A stretch of DNA of 64,000 nucleotides, from assembly GCA_948442255.1 (NCBI GenBank), contig CAOJRT010000005.1:533-64532 (forward strand), read 5' to 3'. How positions within the stretch are numbered: the stretch's first letter is position 1; every line of letters begins with the position of its first letter. Under the pieces are notes generated by a model that was not told the origin of the DNA, searched no databases, and saw nothing but the letters and a program-made list of their open reading frames with translations. A program made the translations under genes and the position numbers. Below, one piece after another: positions 54,596-63,062 of the stretch. Source of the DNA: an uncultured Bacillales bacterium (GTDB lineage: Bacteria > Bacillota_I > Bacilli_A > RF39 > UBA660).

Positions 54596-56699
54596 ATGGT
54601 TCTAAATTCACTTCCAAAACCATGCCTGTTGTGATAGGAGTACCAACTTCCGCATGAAATGAGACAACTTTCCCATAACCATTTGACTTATATTCAATAT
54701 GCATAAGTTTACAAAGAGTAGAAACCTCACTACTACTCCATCCTGTAATATCTGGTAAAACATAGTTTTTATCATTTGTTACTAAAAACACTTTATTTCC
54801 CGCCAAAACGACTTGTCCTTTAACAGGATATTGCTTTACTACGTATTTTCCGCCTCCTAAACGGACCACATCCAAATGCATTGTCTTTAATTTTTCTTCT
54901 ATTTCTAAAACATCATGACTTACATAATTTTCCATAATAACGATTTTAGAAGTATCAATTGTTTCTGTCAATTCGGTAATGTTCTTATATTTTGCTATTT
55001 CATCTACGACTTTAGTAACCATCTCAGCAACACTTCTAAAATTCCCCTGAAATTGCTTTACAGAGATATAAATAACATATTGTGGATCATCATAAGGAAA
55101 AAGACCAGCAAAACTTTTGACATAATCATAAGTTCCAGTCAAATATTGTCCATTGGGTCCTGCTATCTGTGCTGTTCCTGTCTTTCCTACTAACTTTACA
55201 GTATCTGACTGAAAAAATTTAGCATCTGTCTTGCCACTATACACAACATCATACATTAAAGAAAGCATCTTATCTGCATTCTCTTTCTTAATCTTAGCCC
55301 CCAACTCCGTTCTTCCTTGTTCAAAAGTAACTTCTCCTGTATTACGATTAACAATCTTCTCAACAATATATGGTTGTAGTTCTACTCCTCCATTCGCCAA
55401 CATTGTAAGCGCTTGTAAATTCTGAATTGGAGTAGTTGTAATACCTTGACCAAAAGAAGCTGTTGCTATCTCTGTTGCATAAGTAAAATCAATATCACCA
55501 GTCAACTCATTTGGGAGACTAATACCCGTTTTCGCTCCAAAGCCAATCTTTTTATAGAAATCATGTAATTTGTCTCGTCCCATAGTTAAAGCCAAATTTG
55601 TGGCGGCAGTATTAGATGAATAGGCAAATCCCGAATCATAAGTAATAACGCCCCATCCTACATTATTAAAGTCTTTTATATTAGCATCGTCAACTCGAAT
55701 CGTTCCTGATTGATAGGTAGCATTGCCGTCATACAATCCATTTTCCATAGCTGCTAGAAAAGAATAAATCTTCATCGTACTACCAGGTTCATAAGTATAA
55801 GAAGTAAGGGGATTTAAGTAACTTTCAATTTCAAGTGTATTAGGATTAAAATTAGGACTTGAACTTGTGGCAACTATGGCTCCTGTCTTCGCATCAACTA
55901 CTGAAAAAGTAAGCCATGACATATCATAAGCGTTAGTTAATTCTTTAATCCCATTTTCTAAGAATAACTGAATTTTACTATCTAAAGTAAGATAAATATC
56001 TTGTCCAGGATCAGCTTCTTCACGTATGGTTTGTGAATTTGGCATTGTATACCCATAAGGGTCTTTTTGAGCAATAACAGAACCATCCTTTCCTTCCAAA
56101 ATCGAATTGTAGTAGCCTTCGATTCCCATCTCTCCAACAATGTCTCCCTCATCGTTCGTTTTGGCATATCCAATAATATAGGAGGCAAAAGGTCCCATAG
56201 TATAATAACGTTTTGAAGTTTCAATAAAATCGATTCCTGGCAAATCCAAATTCTCAATCTGTTTTTTTATTGTTTCCGTAATCCCTCTTCCATTTGGACC
56301 TAATTCCACTTGATATAAATCTTTATTTAAAAGGCGAAGAATATATTCTTTATCCATTCCTAAAATCCCAGATAAGCTTTCGGCAGTATATTCTTTATTG
56401 ACCACATGTTTAGGATTATCATCCTTCGTTGTCCTTGAAGGAGATAAGTAAGCAATAACAGTATAAGAGTTTATGCTTTGGGCTAACACTTCCCCATCCG
56501 TCGATAATATTGCACCTCTACTCGCTTTAATAATCGTTTTATCTGTGTTTCTTTCTTGAACAAACTTAGTTAAGTTAATCCCATTTGTCTCTTCTTTTAA
56601 AGCCACACAAAAAAGCTGAAAGACTATTGCAAAAAAAGAAAGACCTAAAACAACAAAAATCAATTTATTAACTTTTATTGTATCATTCTTTCTTTTCAT
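54594..56699 (-). CDS. Division-type class B penicillin-binding protein (PBP2B/FtsI-like) with two PASTA domains
   Basis: TM anchor, SxxK (GSTMK), SSN, KTGTAQ and two C-terminal PASTA-like units. Follows ftsL. Confidence 0.9.
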   Translation of the reverse strand: MKRKNDTIKVNKLIFVVLGLSFFAIVFQLFCVALKEETNGINLTKFVQERNTDKTIIKASRGAILSTDGEVLAQSINSYTVIAYLSPSRTTKDDNPKHVVNKEYTAESLSGILGMDKEYILRLLNKDLYQVELGPNGRGITETIKKQIENLDLPGIDFIETSKRYYTMGPFASYIIGYAKTNDEGDIVGEMGIEGYYNSILEGKDGSVIAQKDPYGYTMPNSQTIREEADPGQDIYLTLDSKIQLFLENGIKELTNAYDMSWLTFSVVDAKTGAIVATSSSPNFNPNTLEIESYLNPLTSYTYEPGSTMKIYSFLAAMENGLYDGNATYQSGTIRVDDANIKDFNNVGWGVITYDSGFAYSSNTAATNLALTMGRDKLHDFYKKIGFGAKTGISLPNELTGDIDFTYATEIATASFGQGITTTPIQNLQALTMLANGGVELQPYIVEKIVNRNTGEVTFEQGRTELGAKIKKENADKMLSLMYDVVYSGKTDAKFFQSDTVKLVGKTGTAQIAGPNGQYLTGTYDYVKSFAGLFPYDDPQYVIYISVKQFQGNFRSVAEMVTKVVDEIAKYKNITELTETIDTSKIVIMENYVSHDVLEIEEKLKTMHLDVVRLGGGKYVVKQYPVKGQVVLAGNKVFLVTNDKNYVLPDITGWSSSEVSTLCKLMHIEYKSNGYGKVVSFHAEVGTPITTGMVLEVNLEP

Positions 56700-56723
56700 A
56701 TCGAATACTCCTTTTTGAAGTTA

Positions 56724-57029
56724 CTATTCATTAGTTACAACTTTTATATTATCATTTTTATAAGTCAACCCATTTTCTTGCGCTATTATTTGTATCTTAT
56801 CTAAAGAAGCAAGTTCACTTATTTCCATTTTCAAGCTATTGTTCATATCTTCTTGCTCTCTAATTTTATTTTCTACTTCTTGTAGAGCAATATTACTCTC
56901 TGATAGTATAGCTTTAGTATAAACGTTAACTACAGGAATTGCAAGCAATATAAAAACCAAAGTCAGCCAAATAAGACCTTCTCCTTTAAGTAATCCCTTT
57001 TTCTTTCCGTTTTTAATAGTAGCTTTCAT
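56724..57029 (-). CDS. ftsL: Cell division protein FtsL
   Basis: About 100 aa, with a single TM helix plus a coiled coil, between rsmH and the PBP. Confidence 0.8.
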   Translation of the reverse strand: MKATIKNGKKKGLLKGEGLIWLTLVFILLAIPVVNVYTKAILSESNIALQEVENKIREQEDMNNSLKMEISELASLDKIQIIAQENGLTYKNDNIKVVTNE

Positions 57030-57033
57030 ATTG

Positions 57034-57957
57034 TCAAATCCTTTCCATTATACGAAGTTTAGCGCTTCTACTTCTTGTATTCTCTTCCAACTCTTTCTCG
57101 GAGGGAAGAATTGGCTTTTTATTAATTATTTTGATACGAGGTTTATATTGCTCTGGAATTTGCGGAAGTCCTCGAACAAGTTCGTCTATTTCACTCTCTT
57201 TTTTAAACAGCTGTTTTACAATACGGTCTTCTAACGAATGAAATGAGATAACAGCCATTCTACCTTCTGGTTTTAACAAATCTATCGCATCTGGTAAAAC
57301 ACTTCCCAGTACTTTAAGTTCGCTATTTACTTCAATACGTATTGCCTGAAAAATCTGTCTTTCAGGATGAAATTTATTAAAGTACTTCGCTCCTACACTA
57401 GACTCTATTATCTTAACTAATTCTTTTGTCGTATTTATGGCTTTTTTGTTTCTTTCCATCACTATCTTTTTGGCAATCGAATAGGACATTCTTTCTTCAC
57501 CATAAAGATAAAAGATAGCGGTAAGTTCTTTTTCTCCATAAGTATTCACTATATAGCGAGCATCTAGCTTCTTTGTTTGATCCATACGCATATCTAAAGG
57601 AGCATCACTCATAAAAGAAAATCCCCTTACCATAGTATCTATCTGTGGACTAGAAAGCCCTAAGTCAAACAAAATACCATCTACTTGTGTAATCCCTAAT
57701 TCCGCTAGTTTTTCTTTCATCGCTACAAAGTTACTATGAATAAGCGTAAAATTAGGACTTATAGAAGATAATCTTTCTTTTGCATAGACAATTGCGTCCT
57801 GATCCTGATCAAATGCATACAAATGCCCAGTTGTTAGTTTTTTTAAAATCGCACTACTATGTCCCCCATAACCTAATGTAGCATCTATATAGATACCATT
57901 TTCTTTAATTTGAAGTCCATTAATGCTTTCTTCCAATAACACACTATAATGTTTCAT
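57034..57957 (-). CDS. rsmH: 16S rRNA (cytosine1402-N4)-methyltransferase RsmH (MraW)
   Basis: [28 protein letters not shown] and FHSLEDR motifs. An ATG at 57957 follows GGGGGT and overlaps the mraZ end by 14 nt. Confidence 0.93.
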   Translation of the reverse strand: MKHYSVLLEESINGLQIKENGIYIDATLGYGGHSSAILKKLTTGHLYAFDQDQDAIVYAKERLSSISPNFTLIHSNFVAMKEKLAELGITQVDGILFDLGLSSPQIDTMVRGFSFMSDAPLDMRMDQTKKLDARYIVNTYGEKELTAIFYLYGEERMSYSIAKKIVMERNKKAINTTKELVKIIESSVGAKYFNKFHPERQIFQAIRIEVNSELKVLGSVLPDAIDLLKPEGRMAVISFHSLEDRIVKQLFKKESEIDELVRGLPQIPEQYKPRIKIINKKPILPSEKELEENTRSRSAKLRIMERI

Positions 57958-58390
57958 CAAAGATACCCCCACTAAATAGATTTTCAGCAATATCTTCTAT
58001 CTTATCTTCATTCTCTAAGAAGAAGTTATCCCAACCATCCTTTGACCATATTTCTATGCGGTCGTTTGCGCCGATAACGACACATTCTTTTTCGATATCA
58101 GCGTAACTAACCAATGGGGAGGTAATGTTAATTCGACCTTGTCGATCAAATTCACATTCAGTGGCACCAGAAAAGAAGGATCTTACAAATGTACGGACAT
58201 CTTTTTTGGTAAAAGGTAGAGTTTTTATTTTGGATACTATACGATTCCATTCCGTCTCAGAATAAACATATAGACATTTTTCTAAGCCTCGGGTCACAAT
58301 AAAATGTTCTCCGAGTTCATTACGGAATTTGGCAGGAATGATAAGTCGTCCTTTTTCGTCAATATTATGACGATATTCGCCCATGAACAT
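57944..58390 (-). CDS. mraZ: Transcriptional regulator MraZ
   Basis: [23 protein letters not shown] and a second DxxGR repeat (FDRQGRI). Confidence 0.95.
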   Translation of the reverse strand: MFMGEYRHNIDEKGRLIIPAKFRNELGEHFIVTRGLEKCLYVYSETEWNRIVSKIKTLPFTKKDVRTFVRSFFSGATECEFDRQGRINITSPLVSYADIEKECVVIGANDRIEIWSKDGWDNFFLENEDKIEDIAENLFSGGIFDETL

Positions 58391-58402
58391 GCTTCAAATC
58401 CC

Positions 58403-58426
58403 CCACTTTCCTCCACAATGTACCAC
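58403..58426 (-). promoter_or_regulatory. Putative MraZ operator: three GTGG boxes at exact 10-nt spacing
   Basis: The minus strand reads caGTGGtacattGTGGaggaaaGTGGggg (CCAC on the plus strand at 58403, 58413 and 58423), between the -10 box and the mraZ RBS. Confidence 0.65.
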
Positions 58427-58434
58427 TGTCTAAC

Positions 58435-58465
58435 ATTATATTACTTTAAATTAAGCTTTTTGTAA
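58435..58465 (-). promoter_or_regulatory. Probable dcw (Pmra-like) promoter
   Basis: The minus strand reads TTTACA-19 nt-TATAAT, preceded by an A11 tract. The spacer is longer than optimal. Confidence 0.5.
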
Positions 58466-58508
58466 ACATTTTTCTTTTTTTTTTTGTGAATTTATGTAAA
58501 TAATCCCA

Positions 58509-58534
58509 ATAAAAAAATATGCTTTTTTGCATAT
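58509..58534 (-). terminator. Rho-independent terminator of ddl
   Basis: The minus strand reads ATATGC-aaaaaa-GCATAT followed by T7, 4 nt after the ddl stop. Confidence 0.7.
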
Positions 58535-58537
58535 CTC

Positions 58538-59743
58538 TTATAGTGTTCCCGCTTTCGCTCCTTTAGTTCCTTTAGCACCACCATCAAAAGTACTTAATAC
58601 ATTAGATTCAAAACTAGTCACTTTTTTCTTGGCTTTTTTGTAATCTTTTACTGCCCCTGAAATTAGTTCATCTAACATTTTTTTATAACTTTTTCCCATA
58701 GGCGTATAAAAGAAGAATGCCAGACATCCAGGAATTGTATTGGGTTCATTTACATAAACCTTTTTTGTCTCCTTATCTACTAGAAAATCAAATCGTGTAA
58801 CGCCACTTAAATTTAGGGCTCGAAATGCTGCTTTGGCAAAAGCATAAATATCTTCTTCAATCTTTTTATCTAACAAAGCAGGAATTTTAAAACCAGCAGT
58901 AGAAAGCGAATCGCCACTTTTAGCCCCACTTTTTGCACCTTTAGATCCTTCAGCCATATATTTATCTTCAAACGTTAAAAGTTCATTTGATGTAATCATT
59001 TCGCCAATTAGAGAACATTCCATATTCTCTGCATTTCCTAAAACAGCACAATCAACTTCTAACAAATTCTTTACCATTTTCTCAATAATGATTTTTTCAT
59101 CATAAGAAATTGCCTCTTCAATAGCAGGAATCACTTCTTTTTCATTATGAGCCACTTGGATGCCTACACTACTACCAAGCCGCGCAGGCTTTACAATAAC
59201 AGGGTATCCTAATGTTTTTATGTCTTTTAAGATTCTTTTTTCTTCTTCCTTATATTCAAAATCATAAAACCAAAGATAATCAACAACAGGAATAGAAGAA
59301 GCTTGCATCACTTGCTTTTGCACAACTTTGTCTTGCCCAATAGACGCACCTAACATAGAAGAACCGACATAAGGAATACCAAGCGTTTCAAAATATCCAG
59401 ATAAAGATCCATCCTCGACTCCTTTTCCATGAACAATTGGAAAAGCCATATCTATCGTTTCTACGACTTTATTAAATAAACCTTTTTTCTTTTGCAAAAC
59501 AAAATTTTCTCCTACTTTCGTCAAAGTAACTTCTACCGCTTTAGTAGCAACACCACTTAAATCTTTATAAGTTTCCATATGACGCAAAGCTTCCCCTGTA
59601 TACATATTTTTATCTTTGCCTATATAAATAGGAACCACTTCGTATTTCGCTTTATCCATATAATTCATTGCTTGAACAGCTGTAATAATACTTACCTCAT
59701 GCTCTACAGATTCTCCCCCAAATAGTACACCAACTTTTATCAT
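58538..59743 (-). CDS. ddl: D-alanine--D-alanine ligase
   Basis: KVGVLFGGESVEHEVS, ATP-grasp GYPVIVKPARLGSSVG and NEPNTIPG motifs. An ATG at 59743 follows GAGGAG. Has a Gly/Ala/Lys-rich insertion and tail. Confidence 0.92.
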   Translation of the reverse strand: MIKVGVLFGGESVEHEVSIITAVQAMNYMDKAKYEVVPIYIGKDKNMYTGEALRHMETYKDLSGVATKAVEVTLTKVGENFVLQKKKGLFNKVVETIDMAFPIVHGKGVEDGSLSGYFETLGIPYVGSSMLGASIGQDKVVQKQVMQASSIPVVDYLWFYDFEYKEEEKRILKDIKTLGYPVIVKPARLGSSVGIQVAHNEKEVIPAIEEAISYDEKIIIEKMVKNLLEVDCAVLGNAENMECSLIGEMITSNELLTFEDKYMAEGSKGAKSGAKSGDSLSTAGFKIPALLDKKIEEDIYAFAKAAFRALNLSGVTRFDFLVDKETKKVYVNEPNTIPGCLAFFFYTPMGKSYKKMLDELISGAVKDYKKAKKKVTSFESNVLSTFDGGAKGTKGAKAGTL

Positions 59744-59757
59744 ATCAATCACTCCTC

Positions 59758-61365
59758 TTATTTTTCATTAAATGTATCAGGCAAATCATTCTCAAGTAAA
59801 CAATAAGTTTCTCCTTCTTTTAATTTTAACAATAAAGGAAATGCATCCAATACATTATTCAATATATATATATGTTCTTTTTTATATTTTTTTTCCATTA
59901 AACCTTCATAAATAGGTCTCGTTTTTTCTTCACCAATCAAAATAACCTCATCAGCTACATCTGCTATTTCACGCCCAAATTCACGATTTACTTCTTCTTC
60001 TTTTTCTCCGACCTCAATCATCCCAGGAGTAACAACGATGTGTTTGCCAGGCATCATTTGTAATACTTCGAGCGCCATCTTCGCTCCACTCGGATTCGAA
60101 TTATATGCATCATCAATAATATGGACGTCATAATATTCTAATATGGTAAGACGATGGGCAACTGGTTCGGCCCTTTTTACAGCTCGTTGTAAATCAGGAA
60201 TAGAAACACCTAAACTTTTCCCTAAAGCAATACTAGCTAAAATATTATAGATATTATTTCGTCCTAGTAATCTTGTTTCAAAAGCATATTCCTTTTTTAT
60301 TTTTGGAAAATAAACTTTAAAGGATGTTCCCTCGTTTGTAAGTTTTATATCTTTCGCATATAAATCGACTTTCTTATTCTCAATACCAATCCAAATAATT
60401 TGACAATCATTTTGAATAGTATAATTCCTTTGTTTTTCGTCATCTCCATTTAAAATCCCAATACCGTCACTAGGTAAGTTCTCAATCAGTTCAAATTTAG
60501 TCTTTTGAATCATCTCTTCACTACCAAAGGTTTCTAAATGTGCTACTCCTATTTTCGTTAAAATACCATATTTAGGATGTACTAAATCACATAATTCTTT
60601 AATTTCTCCTTTTTTACAGGCTCCCATCTCAGCAATAAAATAATCATTATACTTATCTAAATAATCATTAATAGAAATCATAAGTCCAAAAGGGGTATTA
60701 TAATTCTCTGGCGTTTTAAATACATTGAAAGAAGAATCTAAAACATCATATAATATATTTTTGGTACTCGTCTTCCCATAACTTCCTGTAATTCCAATCA
60801 CTTCCATTTGAGGCATGGTAGCAAGTCTTTTTAAGGTTTTCCTTTTATATAAATAAGCTACTAATTTTTCTATTGGTCTATTTAAGAAATTACAAAACAA
60901 TGCTATGAAATAAGTAAGGTTATATAAAACGCCAAATCCAAGATAATAAAAACTCATATATTGTTCTTCAAAAGTGAAGAAAAGTAAAAGAAGAAAAACA
61001 CCATAGAGAAAAAAACTAGAAAGAATAAGGCGTAGAATTCGCGCTGTATATTTTAAAGGCAATTTCCTCTGTTCTTTATATCGATCAAATAAGAAAACGC
61101 ATCCTGTAAAGAACGTAATAAATATAAATAAATAAGGGCTTATTGCATTTAATGTCTCACTAAAATAAGTAAAGAAAAAGATAAAATACAATAAAGACAC
61201 CTGTAAAAAGTTATCTTTAAAATTTCTTAAAATCCACTTAATATAGCGATACCCTCTATTATATCTGTTTTGTTGTAACATTTGTAGAGCTTTCAATTGA
61301 TAAAGAAAAGCTACTATCAAAAAGAAAAGTATACTTAAAACAAATAGTATTTTCACACTTAACAC
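59758..61365 (-). CDS. murF: MurF-type Mur ligase (UDP-MurNAc-tripeptide--D-Ala-D-Ala ligase) with the N-terminal domain replaced by a ~165-aa polytopic membrane domain
   Basis: P-loop GITGSYGKTSTKN at about aa 190, DDAYNSNP, and TPGMIEVGE near the C-terminus. It lies directly upstream of ddl. About 5 hydrophobic helices are in frame upstream of the P-loop. GGGAGG RBS, with the start at GTG 61365 or GTG 61356. Confidence 0.8.
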   Translation of the reverse strand: MLSVKILFVLSILFFLIVAFLYQLKALQMLQQNRYNRGYRYIKWILRNFKDNFLQVSLLYFIFFFTYFSETLNAISPYLFIFITFFTGCVFLFDRYKEQRKLPLKYTARILRLILSSFFLYGVFLLLLFFTFEEQYMSFYYLGFGVLYNLTYFIALFCNFLNRPIEKLVAYLYKRKTLKRLATMPQMEVIGITGSYGKTSTKNILYDVLDSSFNVFKTPENYNTPFGLMISINDYLDKYNDYFIAEMGACKKGEIKELCDLVHPKYGILTKIGVAHLETFGSEEMIQKTKFELIENLPSDGIGILNGDDEKQRNYTIQNDCQIIWIGIENKKVDLYAKDIKLTNEGTSFKVYFPKIKKEYAFETRLLGRNNIYNILASIALGKSLGVSIPDLQRAVKRAEPVAHRLTILEYYDVHIIDDAYNSNPSGAKMALEVLQMMPGKHIVVTPGMIEVGEKEEEVNREFGREIADVADEVILIGEEKTRPIYEGLMEKKYKKEHIYILNNVLDAFPLLLKLKEGETYCLLENDLPDTFNEK

Positions 61366-61369
61366 CTCC

Positions 61370-62098
61370 CTACTTTATAAAAGATTTTAAAACACGTATC
61401 GTTTGTTGTAATCTTTCTAAATAAGCATAGTGCGTACAATTTTCATAAACCACAACCCCACTATCTGGAATTAATTTTTCAAGGGCATAAGCGTCACTAA
61501 TAGCTACTGCTTCATCTTTTGTGCCCCAAATAAGTAAGGTAGGAACTCTTATCTTTTTCGCATGCTCCGTCAAATCTGTGTTCACATGTTTTACCAAAAT
61601 CTCCCGCATAATGGGATTGGCGTTTTTATAATCCGTCGACCCAATTTTATTTTTCATGATTTGAGCAATCCATTTTAGGCCTGGAATTTTTTTTAGCATC
61701 TTGTAGACTCTTACTTTTAATGGCTGTTTTTTATATTTTACTCGATAAGGACTAGCAAGTAATACCACACGCTTAACTTCATATAAAGAGGCATAAAGAA
61801 TAGCAAGCTTCCCACCAAAAGAATGCCCCACTATATTTGGTTTTTCTATTTTTAGAGATGAAAGTAAGGCGTGAAGCATAGAAACATAGTCTATTAGCTC
61901 CCAAGCTTCTTTTGGTTTCTCTGACTCGCCAAAACCAGGTAAATCGAGGATAATAACGCGATTCGTATCCCTAAAAGGATTGGCAATCGGTTCCATCATC
62001 TCAATATTTTGTCCCCATCCATGGAGATAAAGGATTGTTTCTTTATCTAGTTGTTGATTATCTACATAATTCACATGTATACCCTTATAATAAAACAT
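61370..62098 (-). CDS. Alpha/beta-fold hydrolase
   Basis: HGWG oxyanion region, nucleophile elbow GHSFGG and a C-terminal His. The start is uncertain (62098 with GGGTGA, or 62137). Confidence 0.75.
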   Translation of the reverse strand: MFYYKGIHVNYVDNQQLDKETILYLHGWGQNIEMMEPIANPFRDTNRVIILDLPGFGESEKPKEAWELIDYVSMLHALLSSLKIEKPNIVGHSFGGKLAILYASLYEVKRVVLLASPYRVKYKKQPLKVRVYKMLKKIPGLKWIAQIMKNKIGSTDYKNANPIMREILVKHVNTDLTEHAKKIRVPTLLIWGTKDEAVAISDAYALEKLIPDSGVVVYENCTHYAYLERLQQTIRVLKSFIK

Positions 62099-62257
62099 GT
62101 ACATCACCCAATACATCATATGCTTATAAAAAGCCATTCATAGCATATATTTTACCACTCTTTTTAAAGAAAGACTTCTCTTTTAAGCATTCTTGACAAT
62201 AAGTTTGTCAATTACGGCCCAAAACAATTATAAAATAAGAATAAAGACCGAGACAAA

Positions 62258-62278
62258 TAAAAAAAGAGCTTATGCTCT
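62258..62278 (-). terminator. Rho-independent terminator of efp (overlaps the stop codon)
   Basis: The minus strand reads AGAGC-ataa-GCTCT followed by T7. Confidence 0.65.
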
Positions 62279-62836
62279 ACTGGAATATTTACCATCTAAA
62301 GTAGAAACAATAATCACTTCTCCTTGATTAATAAATAGAGGAACTTTTACAACAAGACCATTTTCTAATACTGCATCTTTTTGGGCATTATTAGTTGTAT
62401 TTCCTTTAACTGCTTCTGTTGTTTCGGCAACTATATATTCAACTTTTTCTGGTAAGGTAACTCCTACAATATCCCCTTGGTAAAAATCAAGTTGTACTTC
62501 CATATTTTCTTTTAAGAATTTTTTTTCTTCTTCCAACTTATTTTCATCCACTTCAATTTGTTCATATGTCTCATTATCCATGAAAACATATCCAGTACCA
62601 CTATTATATAAATAAGCCATTTTTTTCTTATCTACATGTGCTTTTTCTACTTTTACACTACTATTAATTGTTTCTTCAATATTAGCACCTGTTTTAATAT
62701 TACGCATTTTAACCTTCATAAAGGCAGCACCCTTACCTGGTTTAACATGTTGGAAACTTTGTACTAAATATAATTTTCCATCGTAGATAATCGTCATACC
62801 ATTTTTAATATCATTAATATTAATTAAGCCATTCAT
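62270..62836 (-). CDS. efp: Elongation factor P
   Basis: INDIKNGMTI..DGKLY..SFQHVKPGKGAAFMKVKMRN is the canonical EF-P N-terminus; 188 aa. Confidence 0.95.
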   Translation of the reverse strand: MNGLININDIKNGMTIIYDGKLYLVQSFQHVKPGKGAAFMKVKMRNIKTGANIEETINSSVKVEKAHVDKKKMAYLYNSGTGYVFMDNETYEQIEVDENKLEEEKKFLKENMEVQLDFYQGDIVGVTLPEKVEYIVAETTEAVKGNTTNNAQKDAVLENGLVVKVPLFINQGEVIIVSTLDGKYSSRA

Positions 62837-62853
62837 TTTTACACCTTCTTAAA

Positions 62854-63018
62854 TTATTTTTTCTCTTTATGAACAGTTTTCTTATTACACCATTTACAGA
62901 ATTTATTTAACTCTAATTTTTCAGGACTATTTTTTTTGTTTTTTACTGTAACATAGTTTTCATGTTTACATTCTGTACAAACAAGTATAATATTAGGTCT
63001 AGTTTCGTTTTTTGCCAT
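62854..63018 (-). CDS. rpmG: 50S ribosomal protein L33 (not in the supplied ORF track)
   Basis: My translation is [54 protein letters not shown], which has the L33 Cys4 pattern. RBS GGAGGG. Confidence 0.9.
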   Translation of the reverse strand: MAKNETRPNIILVCTECKHENYVTVKNKKNSPEKLELNKFCKWCNKKTVHKEKK

Positions 63019-63062
63019 AGTACTGCCCTCCTTTTTTTATCCGTTCCTATTGTATCATAGTT

